Shown here: positions 1 through 10,234 of the stretch, piece by piece
Layout: each line of letters opens with the position of its first letter
Position numbering within the stretch: position 1 is the stretch's first letter
Source of the DNA: an uncultured Thermoproteaceae archaeon
Lineage (GTDB): Archaea > Thermoproteota > Thermoprotei > Thermoproteales > Thermoproteaceae
Reading direction: 5' to 3'
NCBI GenBank assembly: GCA_964342785.1
Contig: CAYFGI010000001.1
Span: 38,928-102,927, forward strand
Length of the DNA: 64,000 nt
Program-made: the position numbers and the translations under genes
The notes under the pieces: model-generated
The model's database searches: none
What the model was told of the DNA's origin: nothing
The model's input: the letters and a program-made list of their open reading frames with translations, nothing else

Positions 1-1
1 G

Positions 2-550
2 GGCATACCGGTGGTGAAGGTAGCCAAGGCCTCGGCCCCTCGCGCGGCGTTACCTCAGATGTTCACAGCCGCGTTGTGGATAGTGAGGAGGATCTACGGC
101 GTGGATTTCGACGTCCCGCAGACGTTGCCCTACGACCAGAAACTCGTCGAGAGGCTGGAGAAAACGTTAGCGGCGAGGCCGACTATCGTGGCGCCTTCAT
201 CCATGCAGGGAGTAGCCTACAGGGTTAAGAACGAGGCCAACGAGAACGCCAAGATAGATCCCTTGGTGGAGATCCTACCCGAGGCTCACCACAATTGGAT
301 AGAGGGCGCTAGAGGGCCCGTGATGACCTTGACGAGCCCCGATATACCGCTCGAACATAGGCGGCGCGTAGAGCTTACTGCGGAGTTGATCCCAAGCGAG
401 GTATTCGATGTGCCTATGACCGTGAGCGGCATCTTAACGTTCTTAAAACATGTAGGTATAGCGACCGTCAAGATCGCTGAAAGTAAGGGCGTCGATCCCC
501 TCAAGACTCCGAGGATAGACGAGCTCAAGAAGAAGTTGCCCCAAAGCTGA
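2..550 (+). CDS. hypothetical protein, 5' end probably outside the window
   Basis: The frame is open from the window edge through the GTG at 11 to the stop at 548-550. I recognise no motif. Confidence 0.4.
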   Translation, partial: GIPVVKVAKASAPRAALPQMFTAALWIVRRIYGVDFDVPQTLPYDQKLVERLEKTLAARPTIVAPSSMQGVAYRVKNEANENAKIDPLVEILPEAHHNWIEGARGPVMTLTSPDIPLEHRRRVELTAELIPSEVFDVPMTVSGILTFLKHVGIATVKIAESKGVDPLKTPRIDELKKKLPQS

Positions 551-565
551 TATCTCAGCAACTGT

Positions 566-1165
566 ATGGACGTCTTCGTGTTTTTGCTGGGTCTGTCGGA
601 GCTGGCCTTGTTGGGCTACGCGTCATATCAAGATATTAAGAGCAGGGAGATCGATGCATGGATAATCGCCTTGATGTACATCCCAGCCCTCGCCGCCATG
701 TACCTCTCCTGGAGGACGCCTCTATACGTGATGTCGCCTATCTTGGGCTTGATCTTAGCGTTGGCCATGCGCCTGACCGGAAGCGGCTACGCCGATTCCC
801 TCGTCGTGCTGGCTACATCCTTCTTTCCGCCGTTCTTACCGTTCTTGCCGACGCCCGCCGTGGTGATCATCGGCACGAGCATATCGATCCTAGCGACCAT
901 GTTGTGGATCTTCCTATCGAATAGAGGCAAGCCTTGCAGGATGACATTAGCGCAGAAGTTGACCCACGTCTGCGTAACCAAAGAGGAGGCACTTAGAAAT
1001 AGACATAAATATATCATAGGGCAAGTAAAGGATCTAGAGAGGTATAGACCGCCCGAGGATATAAAGGAGGATTACGTTATAGCCAAATACGGAGTGCCGT
1101 ACGTCGCCCATATGACCCTCGGGTTCGCCCTTTACCTAGTACTTTATTCGTTCAGAGTATTTTAA
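566..1165 (+). CDS. A24-family prepilin/preflagellin peptidase-like polytopic membrane protein
   Basis: 199 aa and very hydrophobic. First Asp context is YASYQDIKSREIDAW, which is PibD/FlaK-like. Second Asp lies in TGSGYADSLVV, a G-x-G-x-x-D-like motif. Confidence 0.55.
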   Translation: MDVFVFLLGLSELALLGYASYQDIKSREIDAWIIALMYIPALAAMYLSWRTPLYVMSPILGLILALAMRLTGSGYADSLVVLATSFFPPFLPFLPTPAVVIIGTSISILATMLWIFLSNRGKPCRMTLAQKLTHVCVTKEEALRNRHKYIIGQVKDLERYRPPEDIKEDYVIAKYGVPYVAHMTLGFALYLVLYSFRVF

Positions 1166-1442
1166 AGTCGTCGTATTGCCCCGTGTACTCCTCCTTGACT
1201 ATCTCCACCTCTCTGACCTTAGTCCCCTGAGGGCCCGCGTAGGCCCATCTCAACACGGCATCTACGTCTTTCTCATCGCCTTCGAGCACCGCCTCGACGC
1301 TACCGTCGGGCAGAAAACGAACCCATCCACCCACGTTGTTCCTCCTAGCTACATCGCGCATTATCTGACGGTAAGGCACTCCGGGCAAGTCGAGCTCCCC
1401 TCTTATGAATAGATGTAGCCTCACCTTCCTTCTATTGCTCAT
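1152..1442 (-). CDS. acyP: acylphosphatase-like protein
   Basis: 96 aa. GWVRFLPDGSVEAVLEGDEKDVDAVLRW matches the acylphosphatase core pattern (G.V.N..DGsVe....G). Its ATG overlaps the stop of the upstream PhoH-like gene (ATGA). Confidence 0.65.
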   Translation of the reverse strand: MSNRRKVRLHLFIRGELDLPGVPYRQIMRDVARRNNVGGWVRFLPDGSVEAVLEGDEKDVDAVLRWAYAGPQGTKVREVEIVKEEYTGQYDDFKIL

Positions 1443-2566
1443 TTCTCCTCTTCCTCCGCCTCGACCGCACGAACACCGATAGATAGAAGCCTGCGGAATA
1501 CTCTATCCATTAGTCTCACATAGGCGCCTCTATGGCCGACGAACGCCCCGAACTCGCTACGTCTAACTGTTACGAGCAATTCGGGGCCTGCGAAGTCCGC
1601 GTCCAAGATGTGTTTGACTATCCAGCCGGCGGGGTGGAGCGCCCTCACCCAGTTCTTGAAGTCTAGACTCATCTCGACTAACCTGAGGCGTAGCCCCGTG
1701 TCGTTCTCCACGTTCTTGATGCGCTCCCCTCCTCTCCCCACGGCTCTGCCTAAATGGCCTTCCTTGACGAAGACGAGGGCATCAGGGACGTCTCCCTTGA
1801 TGCCGAGAGAATCCTTATCTGATTTAAACTCTATCGCCGTGATGATATCGGCATCGGGGGCATAGACGCGGAACGAATCTATGACGTAACGCTCTGCGTC
1901 GGAGAGACGTCTTTTCCTCATGCGGAGCTCAAGCGCCAGCTTGATGCCGCGCCGAGCCCCGGGGCGGACTATGTCTTTCACGCCGAGATCCACCACCACG
2001 GCCTTCTCCTCTCCTAGCAGCGCCTCTCTGAGCAAAGTAGCGCCGTCCACCTCCCCGCCGTCCCCTCTGGAGGATTGGAACACGGGATCGCCGGCTACTA
2101 TCAGTTTGCTATTCCTCCCCAACCTCAGCAAGACCTCGGCGGCGCTGTCCGGCTGGACGTTCTGGGCATCATCGAGAAAGATGATCGCATCGTCGAAGGT
2201 CCTGCCTCTCAGGTAGTTCACATCGGTTACTATCACCATCTCCTCTTTCAGCAACTTCTCTATCTCCTCCCGCGTTGCGTATTCGCCCAATATGTCGTAG
2301 AGATATGTCGAGGCCAACTTGTAGTACATCTCGCCGAGCTCCTCCGGAGTTAACGACTTGCCCGTAGAAACATCCACTATAGGCCTCGCTATGATGAACC
2401 GTTTGTACTTCCCGCTCTGAACCGACGATATACCGTAGGCTATCGACAGAAGAGACTTGCCGGTGCCAGTCGGTCCGAACAACCCCACTATCTCGTTCTC
2501 CGGATCGGATAAAGCGTTAAGCGCCCTCTCTTGCCCCACTGTCTGCGGCTTTATCTTCTCGATCAC
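1439..2566 (-). CDS. PhoH-like ATPase with C-terminal KH domain
   Basis: Walker A is GPTGTGKSLL. PhoH-type block is IIFLDDAQNV...KLIVAGDPVFQ. C-terminal KH GxxG motif is GRAVGRGGERIKNVE. Confidence 0.8.
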   Translation of the reverse strand: MIEKIKPQTVGQERALNALSDPENEIVGLFGPTGTGKSLLSIAYGISSVQSGKYKRFIIARPIVDVSTGKSLTPEELGEMYYKLASTYLYDILGEYATREEIEKLLKEEMVIVTDVNYLRGRTFDDAIIFLDDAQNVQPDSAAEVLLRLGRNSKLIVAGDPVFQSSRGDGGEVDGATLLREALLGEEKAVVVDLGVKDIVRPGARRGIKLALELRMRKRRLSDAERYVIDSFRVYAPDADIITAIEFKSDKDSLGIKGDVPDALVFVKEGHLGRAVGRGGERIKNVENDTGLRLRLVEMSLDFKNWVRALHPAGWIVKHILDADFAGPELLVTVRRSEFGAFVGHRGAYVRLMDRVFRRLLSIGVRAVEAEEEEK

Positions 2567-2645
2567 GCATGGGCGAGAGAGGCCATTTAAAAACTATGCT
2601 CGCAAAGGGCATGCGATATTTTAATTCTAGGAGCTTCCGGTTCTC

Positions 2646-5150
2646 ATGGCCAAGTACCTTCTGGGCAGGGACTTCGCCTTCCCCGAGTACATGCCGCGCT
2701 TCCCTCGTCAATACGATTTCCAGGTGGTCAAACTGGAGGCCGATCTAGATATCGACTTGTGGAATAAGGAGGTGAAAGGCGTTGTGAGGTATAGGCTGAG
2801 GGCCTTGAAGGATCTCAGCAACGTGACGCTGGACGCGGTCGAGATGGAGATCCTCGGCGCTTCGACCGGCTATTCCTACGACGGCGAAACCATAACGCTC
2901 GACCTAAGGCTCCAAGCCGGCCAGGAATCCGACGTGGAGATAAGGTACAGGACGAGGCCGAGGAAGGGGATGTACTTCGTCCTCCCCGACAGAAACCACC
3001 CCTATCGAGCCCCGATGGCTTGGACTCAAGGCGAGAGCGAGGATAATAGATACTGGATCCCTCTCCCGGATACGCCTAACATAAAATTCCCCTGGAGGAT
3101 AGCGGTCACGGTTCCCAAGCCCTACATGGCCGGCAGCAACGGCGTGTTGGTTGAGACAAGGGACTCCGGCGATAAGACTACGTATATATGGGAGATGAGA
3201 CATCCGATGTCGCCGTATCTTATCGCCGTCGCCGCCGGCGATTTCGAGATCATAAGGGATAAATGTGGCGAGGTCCTGCTAGAGTATTGGATACCTAAAT
3301 ATCCTAGGCGCGGCGGAGAGAACGTCTGGGTGCCTCCTCCCGATGCCTACCGTTACTCATTCCACCATACATGCGATATAATGAAGTTCTTCGAGGAGTA
3401 CCTAGGCGTCCCCTACCCCTACGGTCGATATGCTCAAGTCGTCGTGCAGGAGTTCGTATACGGCGGTATGGAGAACACGACCTTCACCATCTTGACGGAC
3501 TGGACCTTGCACGACCTCCACGCGCATTGTCCCTACTCGCAGTTCCCCTGCGCCGACGAGGATTTCTCGTCGGATCCGCTGATAGCCCACGAGATGGCGC
3601 ACCAATGGTTCGGCGATCTAGTGACCGCGAAGGATTGGTCGCATATAACTATAAACGAATCCTTTGCAACATTCATAGAGGCGCTTTGGACCGAGCGATC
3701 TAAGGGCAGGGAGGAATACATCTATGAACTTTATTCTAACTTCAAGACGTATTTAAATGAATATAGCTCACGTTACGCTAGACCTATAGTGACTAATCTA
3801 TACTCGATACCTGAGGAGGTCTTTGATAGGCATTCATACGAAAAGGGATCCGTCGTGTTGCATATGATCAGGAGCTTAATAGGCGACGACGCCTTCAGGA
3901 AGGGGCTACGGCTGTTTCTAGAACGGTTCAGATACAGGAACGCGGACGTCGAGGACTTGAGGAAGGCCCTCGAGGAGGCCAGCGGGAGGGATCTCGAATG
4001 GCTATGGCGTCAATTCTTCCACTCGGCGGGCCACCCCGTTGTGAAAGCCTCGTGGAACAAGAACAACGGCGTGAGGCTGACCTTAGAGCAAGCCCAGCCC
4101 GACGACAGCTTCCCGCTGTATACGCTCCCTCTCGAGCTCGACGTAGTGTACGAAGGCGGCAAACGGGAGAGAGTCGTCTTGAATTTCGCAGAGAAGCGTC
4201 TCGACGTCCCGTTGGGCGACAAGGTTAAGTACGTCTGTATAGACCCCGACTTCAAAGTCCTTAAGGTCGTCGAACTGAACTTCCCAGTCGAGATCCTCGG
4301 CGCCATGCTTGACGACGAGCACGTATACTGTCGCCTTCAAGCCATAGAGGCTCTGCGTAAGAACGGTAGCCCGAGGGCCGTCGAATTCTTGTCGAAGGCC
4401 TTGAGGGATAAGTTCTGGGGCGTCGCCGCGGAGGCGGCGCGCGCCCTAGGCGCTATAGGCACAGCGGACGCCGTCAAGGCCTTGATGGAGGCCTACGGTG
4501 AGGTTAAGCACCCGAGGGCGAGGAGAGCGCTCGTGGAGGCCCTCGGAAACGCGCGTAGGAAGGAGGCCGCCGAGTTCCTCGACAAGATCCTACATGATCC
4601 GGGAGAGAGCTACTACGTTAGGTACGAGGCGGCGAGGGCTCTGGGCAAGATAAGGTGGGAATTCGCCGAATATAGCTTGAAGAAAGCTCTGAGCTACGGC
4701 GGCCATGTTGATATCATCACTAGAGGCGCCATTGAGGGCCTCGCCGAGCTCGGCACCGACGAGGCGTTAGACGTAGTGCTACATTACGTCGGCGAGGAGA
4801 ACCCGACGTGGATTAGGATGACGGCGGTGCAATCCTTGTCGAAATTCGGCCCGAGGACGCAAGTGCTCGACGCCTTGAGGCGTGCTCTTCGCGACGAGAA
4901 TTTCCGCGTCCGAGCGGCCGCGGTAACGGCCGCTCTGGACTTAATGGATCCGAGGCTTCTGCCGGATCTACAGGAGAGGGCGGAGCGCGATGTTGACGGC
5001 AGAATCAGAAGGATGGCGCGCGAGGCCGTGGAGAAGATAAGGAAGGCGATGGACCGCGGCGCGGAGTACCAGAGGCTGAGGGAAGAGGTCGAGAAGCTGA
5101 GGGAGGAGCACAGAAAGATACTGGACAGATTGGCGCGCCTCGAGAGGTAG
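2646..5150 (+). CDS. M1-family zinc aminopeptidase with C-terminal HEAT-like repeats and coiled coil
   Basis: GGMENTTF exopeptidase motif, then HEMAHQWFGDLVT...NESFA (HExxH-x18-E). The C-terminal 250 aa has repeated A/L/R-rich HEAT-like units. Confidence 0.9.
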   Translation: MAKYLLGRDFAFPEYMPRFPRQYDFQVVKLEADLDIDLWNKEVKGVVRYRLRALKDLSNVTLDAVEMEILGASTGYSYDGETITLDLRLQAGQESDVEIRYRTRPRKGMYFVLPDRNHPYRAPMAWTQGESEDNRYWIPLPDTPNIKFPWRIAVTVPKPYMAGSNGVLVETRDSGDKTTYIWEMRHPMSPYLIAVAAGDFEIIRDKCGEVLLEYWIPKYPRRGGENVWVPPPDAYRYSFHHTCDIMKFFEEYLGVPYPYGRYAQVVVQEFVYGGMENTTFTILTDWTLHDLHAHCPYSQFPCADEDFSSDPLIAHEMAHQWFGDLVTAKDWSHITINESFATFIEALWTERSKGREEYIYELYSNFKTYLNEYSSRYARPIVTNLYSIPEEVFDRHSYEKGSVVLHMIRSLIGDDAFRKGLRLFLERFRYRNADVEDLRKALEEASGRDLEWLWRQFFHSAGHPVVKASWNKNNGVRLTLEQAQPDDSFPLYTLPLELDVVYEGGKRERVVLNFAEKRLDVPLGDKVKYVCIDPDFKVLKVVELNFPVEILGAMLDDEHVYCRLQAIEALRKNGSPRAVEFLSKALRDKFWGVAAEAARALGAIGTADAVKALMEAYGEVKHPRARRALVEALGNARRKEAAEFLDKILHDPGESYYVRYEAARALGKIRWEFAEYSLKKALSYGGHVDIITRGAIEGLAELGTDEALDVVLHYVGEENPTWIRMTAVQSLSKFGPRTQVLDALRRALRDENFRVRAAAVTAALDLMDPRLLPDLQERAERDVDGRIRRMAREAVEKIRKAMDRGAEYQRLREEVEKLREEHRKILDRLARLER

Positions 5151-5732
5151 TTAAAGCACGAAGGACATATAGGCGGATAACGCGAAGAGCACGGCCCACA
5201 CCGCTATATTCCATCTAAATATCTTGGATCCGTCCAACGGACCTAGCGGCAATAGGTTGAAGAAAGCCACGAAGGCGTTGAGCCGCATCAAGTAGGCCAG
5301 GAACCTCAAGGCGAGTAGATCCATGGGTAGATGTAGCAATGCGAGGGATGCTAGAGATATCGCTATATTCGTCAAGGGGCCTGCGACGGAGATAAGCCCG
5401 TCATCCTCCCTGGTGTAAGAATAACACGATATCAAGGTGTAGCCCGATATGAACAACACGGGCGATCTTATGAGGGCGCCGAGGAGGGCGTTTAGGATAA
5501 GGGTCACGAGGAAGCCCGGCGGGTATAGGACGAAGCGCGACCAACAGCCTCTGCTCCTGGCGATCTGTCTGTGGGCCAGCTCGTGGGGGACTATCGCTAT
5601 GGTGATGGCCAAGGTGGGCAACAACACGCCGACTAGGGGATCGGCGAAGTTAAAGAGATAGGCCACAGCTACCGACAGTATCGCGAGGAGGAACGCGGCG
5701 ACCTCGTTGGTCCTATATAAGGCGTATCCCAT
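5151..5732 (-). CDS. membrane zinc metalloprotease (M50/site-2-protease-like)
   Basis: 193 aa polytopic protein with HELAHRQIA (HExxH) in a hydrophobic segment. Confidence 0.6.
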   Translation of the reverse strand: MGYALYRTNEVAAFLLAILSVAVAYLFNFADPLVGVLLPTLAITIAIVPHELAHRQIARSRGCWSRFVLYPPGFLVTLILNALLGALIRSPVLFISGYTLISCYSYTREDDGLISVAGPLTNIAISLASLALLHLPMDLLALRFLAYLMRLNAFVAFFNLLPLGPLDGSKIFRWNIAVWAVLFALSAYMSFVL

Positions 5733-5841
5733 GACGCCGGCCTCGACGTATATATAAAAGCTTTGAAATCGGGGCGCGAACTATCGTCACCTATCGGGAC
5801 AAGGGCCTATCCTCATTATTTAAACACAGTTAGTTTAGCCC

Positions 5842-6474
5842 ATGCCAGTATATATAATAGATCACCCATACGCCCAACATGTATTAACTAAGCTCAGAGA
5901 CGTCCGCACATCCAGCTTGGAGTTCCGGAAGGGTCTTGTTAAGCTCGGAAGGATTATTGGATACGAGATCGCTAAGACGTTTCCTCGGAGGGAGGTGGTC
6001 GTAAGGACGCCCCTCGGCGAGGCGAAAGGCCTCGTCTTGGAGGATCTGGATAAGGTTATCATCGTCGAGATTCTGAGGGCCGCGATGCCCCTAGTGGAGG
6101 GCCTCTTGAAGGCCTTCCCCGAGGCTAGGATAGGCGTCATAGCGGCCAAGAGGAGGGAGGAAGGAGGCATCATAGATGTAGATATCTATTACGCCAGGAT
6201 TCCAGACGTCGAGAATTCGATCGTCATAGTGGCCGATCCGATGCTGGCTACGGGCGTGACGCTCTCCTCGGCGATAAAGGAAGTGCTTAAACGCGGCATA
6301 CCCAAGAGGCTTTTGACGATATCTGTGATCTCAACGCCTGTAGGCATAGAGAGAGTTCTATCGACGTATCCAAACGCGGAGATATACACCGTGGCTATAG
6401 ACGAGGTTTTAAACAAAGATGGGTTCATAGTGCCCGGCCTCGGCGACGCCGGCGATAGAGCGTTCGGCGGCTAG
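5842..6474 (+). CDS. upp: uracil phosphoribosyltransferase
   Basis: PRPP-binding loop is [14 protein letters not shown]-terminal motif is [18 protein letters not shown]-like ATTATTTAAA lies at 5815-5824. Confidence 0.9.
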   Translation: MPVYIIDHPYAQHVLTKLRDVRTSSLEFRKGLVKLGRIIGYEIAKTFPRREVVVRTPLGEAKGLVLEDLDKVIIVEILRAAMPLVEGLLKAFPEARIGVIAAKRREEGGIIDVDIYYARIPDVENSIVIVADPMLATGVTLSSAIKEVLKRGIPKRLLTISVISTPVGIERVLSTYPNAEIYTVAIDEVLNKDGFIVPGLGDAGDRAFGG

Positions 6475-9341
6475 ATCTTGACGCAGCCCAGAGAGCTGAG
6501 CTCCGTCAGATCGCTGGGACCGCCGACATCGCTGAGAGACCACCAGTTCATAAACGACGACCATAGGGGCACTGGATACTCGACGTAGGAGCCGGATGAT
6601 GAATAATTTATGGCAGGCACTACTCTGGCCGGATCCCAAGGGTATATCTTTAACTTCAAGGCTAAGCTCCAAGGTATATATAAAGAGCGCCCGGGGCAGA
6701 AGTAGCGCAGAACCCATGTGCCGTTTCTACTTAAATAGAAATAGTATCCTTTTATAAATATACTCGAATTACTATCTACATAAATATATATACCACTTAA
6801 GTTTATATATATTTTAGGCTTTATATAAATATATTTGATATCTACACGTAACAACTCGGCCTTGTTCAAACCTACGTCGAAACCTCCGTATGGGCGGAGA
6901 TCGCCGGCTATATACGCGCTTCCGTTTAGACATCCAGCAGTCCAGTACGGATACTGGCCTTGTGATATAACAAGTGGGAGCCAACGCAACAAGAGGCAAG
7001 ACGAGGGGAACCAGCTCGACAGAGCCGGGGGATAGGAGGCACTTCCGTTTAACGACTGACAGAAGAAGGCTGTCATTAAGACGGTTGGCGAGAGTATACG
7101 CGTGAAGAAGTTAGAGAATGTGTAGTTGAGCTCCACCCCCGTCGTATAATAATAGCTCAAGCCCGTGCCTTGCGGCGTGACGAACTCGACCCAGAAGATC
7201 CCGTCTCTAACTGGCGTTAGGAGCCAGCCGGGCGGCGTCGGGACGAACGCGCACCCCGAGGTAGCGTTAGGCAAAGGCACCGCCGAGCCAGGAAGTATCA
7301 AGTAAGGCACATATGGCCTCAACGTAAAGACGCCTAGCGATATGTTGTAAGTAGCCGCTGAAGGCCACGTCGAGCCGGCCCAAGTCCCGTTGACGTACCG
7401 GGCGCCGCTTGCGTTTATATATACGGCCATGTCCACAGGCTCATTGCCTAGCCACATGACGGCTAGACCGTAGGCCGCTCCGCGCAACGCGGCATCGCCG
7501 ACGAACTGCCCGTTCCACCAAGCCTCTCCAGGATCTACGCAGTAGATCGACCTACAGGGTATCAACGGGACCAGAGACCACACCACGACGCCGGACGGCT
7601 TGCCGTTATGGCTGATGAACGTAGAGATGTAGCCGACGGAGCCGCGTTCCGATGGCCACGGCTGTAGCACTGCTACGTATAGATCGGCTGGATAGGCTTG
7701 TCCGCCACCTTGAGGCGATGAAGTGAATACAACTCCCTGCGCGGTCCCTGTGTAGCCCGTCACCGGATCCACGGCTGCCGTCTGCATCGAGTAGTTGCTG
7801 GGTATTAAGGATGCCCATATATAGTCAGGAGAGGAGCGATAGGACCACCTGGAGTACATCATGGCGAGTCCGTAGGTTGACACGCCGTAAGGCGCCGGGA
7901 AGGTCCAGGGGGTTAAAACCGCGGCGGAGCCGAACCCTCCCATCTCAGTCTGTATTAAAGCGCCAGGAAGGTCGCCGTTCCACGCCACGTTATCGCTCGG
8001 CTGAGCCTCCACCACGTATCCACCCGCTCCGTTGTACTTCTCCGGCATGTACTGTATATAATGTCCGCCATATATTAAGTAGCCATATAGAGATGTATAG
8101 AAATCGACGATTCCGCCTTGAGGTATATAGAAATTCAACGAACCTCCTTCCAGCCATATCTCAACGGAGCCTAACCATACGTATGGCTCCCACAAGGCCT
8201 CCGTAGGCAATTCCGCATATGTGTACAGATTGTAGTAATACCATCCGCCGGAGCCCGAGGCCAGAAAAGACAAGGCGAAGGGGCCCATAGAGGGCAGCTC
8301 CTCTGGCATCGCCAAGGCCAGCAGATGGCTTACTGCGGCCGGGAAGTTCCCCCATTGCGATATGTAGGTCTCCGCTATGGTGCGATACGATGCAGGGTCC
8401 AGCAAGGCCACTAAGCCCTCCGAGGTTTGGTTCAACAACACGTAGCTTGTTCTCAACGCGATTACACCGGGGGCATTCGGAGGAGATATAGAGAGCGGCT
8501 TGACCCAATATCTTGGCACGAACCAAGCCTTTAGCTCCACCGAGCTCGGGAAGCCGTTTAGCAAGCTCAAGGAGCCTGAGAGCACGCCGCTAGATCCAGC
8601 CGGGCTCCAGACGAAGTAGCTGGGCGAGTAAGAAGCCTTGAAGGGATTGTCTTGCGGCAAGCCTTGGGCGTCATCGCCTAGGACCAAATCGGTCGAGTTG
8701 ACCTCGGCCTTGACGCCGAGATAACCCTCGTTTATCTGGCCCACCGTAAATCCGCTTAACGTCCTCGGCTCCTTGACGTTCACCGATATATATATGCTAT
8801 CGCTCACGTCGGGGCCTTGAAACCACGTGGTTGGAAGGGAAGGATATGGAGCAGCTAAATCGAGGACCCAGGAGTTGCTCCAGGCGTTATCTATAGGTCC
8901 GCCGTCGCTGACCGAATAGGTTCTTTCGTATATGTTTTTTATAACTGCTAAGGTTCCTTCCTTAATTATTCCAGAACAATTATAAATAACATAGTATTCA
9001 TCATAACTATATTCATAATAATTTATTAATATTGTTATATTAAACATGCCATCTGTCGGCGTTGGATCGCCGGCTATGAACACATCCCCGCCCGTTAGGC
9101 CGTAGCTGGTATGGCCGCCGGATATCGCCACGTAGGTCTCGCCGCCTTCTACATACACCATCGTCTGAGACCCGGCCCTCGGCAAGCCCAGGAAGTTTAA
9201 CGTCACGGCGACGGGCATGGAGACGGCTGGCGGTTGTTGATCTGCCGCCAACAGGGTTGAGTTGATCACAGGACAGGCAGGCGCTTGCACCGCGGCGGTG
9301 ACGATAAGAGATATGCCTAAGAGCAATACCACCCACCTCAT
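6471..9341 (-). CDS. 956-aa secreted, sequon-rich protein, terminal gene of the pilin-like operon (putative filament-associated adhesin)
   Basis: I start the gene at [22 protein letters not shown], a Sec-type signal. Its ATG overlaps the upstream stop (ATGA at 9338-9341). By eye there are at least 15 N-x-S/T sequons, and the protein is W/Y/G/S/P-rich. It has no pilin-type N-terminus and no C-terminal TM segment. Confidence 0.7.
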   Translation of the reverse strand: MRWVVLLLGISLIVTAAVQAPACPVINSTLLAADQQPPAVSMPVAVTLNFLGLPRAGSQTMVYVEGGETYVAISGGHTSYGLTGGDVFIAGDPTPTDGMFNITILINYYEYSYDEYYVIYNCSGIIKEGTLAVIKNIYERTYSVSDGGPIDNAWSNSWVLDLAAPYPSLPTTWFQGPDVSDSIYISVNVKEPRTLSGFTVGQINEGYLGVKAEVNSTDLVLGDDAQGLPQDNPFKASYSPSYFVWSPAGSSGVLSGSLSLLNGFPSSVELKAWFVPRYWVKPLSISPPNAPGVIALRTSYVLLNQTSEGLVALLDPASYRTIAETYISQWGNFPAAVSHLLALAMPEELPSMGPFALSFLASGSGGWYYYNLYTYAELPTEALWEPYVWLGSVEIWLEGGSLNFYIPQGGIVDFYTSLYGYLIYGGHYIQYMPEKYNGAGGYVVEAQPSDNVAWNGDLPGALIQTEMGGFGSAAVLTPWTFPAPYGVSTYGLAMMYSRWSYRSSPDYIWASLIPSNYSMQTAAVDPVTGYTGTAQGVVFTSSPQGGGQAYPADLYVAVLQPWPSERGSVGYISTFISHNGKPSGVVVWSLVPLIPCRSIYCVDPGEAWWNGQFVGDAALRGAAYGLAVMWLGNEPVDMAVYINASGARYVNGTWAGSTWPSAATYNISLGVFTLRPYVPYLILPGSAVPLPNATSGCAFVPTPPGWLLTPVRDGIFWVEFVTPQGTGLSYYYTTGVELNYTFSNFFTRILSPTVLMTAFFCQSLNGSASYPPALSSWFPSSCLLLRWLPLVISQGQYPYWTAGCLNGSAYIAGDLRPYGGFDVGLNKAELLRVDIKYIYIKPKIYINLSGIYIYVDSNSSIFIKGYYFYLSRNGTWVLRYFCPGRSLYIPWSLALKLKIYPWDPARVVPAINYSSSGSYVEYPVPLWSSFMNWWSLSDVGGPSDLTELSSLGCVKI

Positions 9342-9904
9342 GTAAAACAACTTAGAACAACCGAGACGGGAAAGTCCACAATTTGTATCGCGCGTCCTCT
9401 GAGGACTGCTATTATGTAAACCGCGCTGGGGCTGAGGTAGGAACCTCCCTCCAGCTCGCCCTTCTCCACGCTGGTCGTATTCACGTAAAGCTCCGGTAGA
9501 TAGTCCAGAGTCGACGAGATGGCTATATAGGCTACGTGGACGATCCCTCCGTTGGGAGCCACGGCCGTGGTGCAGTTGATAACGGCTAGGAACAAGGTGT
9601 AGTTCACGGGGCCCCAAACTCTGGAGAGCCTCGCCGCAACGAGGCCGTTGTGGTATATCAAAAACGATCTGTTAACTCCGGTGATGGCGAGAGGAGTGTT
9701 GTTGCAGAATACAGCCCATGGCGTGGCTTGATACTCGGCGCAATATATCGCTACGGCGTTCATGGAGCTGAGTTTAAGTTCGTAAAGTATCTGTGGGTAA
9801 TCTATCTGAGAATAACGCGGCTCTGCCAACGTCACTATGGCGATAGTCCAGGCGACCACGGCTAGCGCCACGAGGGCGTAGGCGATGGACCACTGGGCCT
9901 TCAT
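9338..9904 (-). CDS. pilin-like protein (class III signal peptide candidate)
   Basis: The N-terminus MKAQWSIAYALVALAVVAWTIAIV has K-A at -2/-1 followed by a hydrophobic helix. There are ATGA overlaps at both ends. Confidence 0.55.
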   Translation of the reverse strand: MKAQWSIAYALVALAVVAWTIAIVTLAEPRYSQIDYPQILYELKLSSMNAVAIYCAEYQATPWAVFCNNTPLAITGVNRSFLIYHNGLVAARLSRVWGPVNYTLFLAVINCTTAVAPNGGIVHVAYIAISSTLDYLPELYVNTTSVEKGELEGGSYLSPSAVYIIAVLRGRAIQIVDFPVSVVLSCFT

Positions 9905-10233
9905 GAGCCTATACACGTGGCGTAAGCCACCCCATCGGTGACGTTTAGGCACATAAGGCGTCCACATATTAACCTCTCGCCCGGCGTCAGGGGGCCTCCT
10001 GGTCTATACGCCCAGACATATTGGGCGAGTATTGAGGAGTTGTGTAAGATAAGCCCGCGCACTAAATACGCCGAAGCGTTCATCTGTATTAACGACACGG
10101 GTCCCTTTACGCAAAAGGAGCAGTCGGAGCAAACCGGGGCCTCGGTCTGAGCGGGTATATGGATCAGAAGGACGCTTATTATGATAGATGCTATGGCTAG
10201 GGATATGGCCGCCGTGATCACGTAGAGGTCCAT
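9901..10233 (-). CDS. small membrane-anchored Cys-containing protein of the pilin-like operon
   Basis: MDLYVITAAISLAIASIIISVLLIH has an acidic N-terminus, one TM segment and no K-G/A motif. The gene is coupled to its neighbours. Confidence 0.5.
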   Translation of the reverse strand: MDLYVITAAISLAIASIIISVLLIHIPAQTEAPVCSDCSFCVKGPVSLIQMNASAYLVRGLILHNSSILAQYVWAYRPGGPLTPGERLICGRLMCLNVTDGVAYATCIGS

Positions 10234-10234
10234 A

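Noticed and set aside
2388-2420. AUGAUGA followed by CUGA inside the PhoH-like gene.
   Set aside because: They are only about 20 nt apart, lie antisense within a coding region, and have no second box pair.
6471-6474. Convergent upp and giant-gene stop codons sharing a CTAG.
   Set aside because: The overlap is real but probably trivial. It shows only that there is no intergenic terminator space.
9342-9617. The ORF-track N-terminal extension of the giant ORF (start at 9617, 1048 aa).
   Set aside because: The extra 92 aa are Arg/Gly/Ser-rich and overlap the upstream pilin-like gene. An internal ATG at 9341 gives a clean Sec signal peptide and an ATGA overlap with the upstream stop. I trimmed the extensions at 9905-9967 and 11791-11940 for the same reason.
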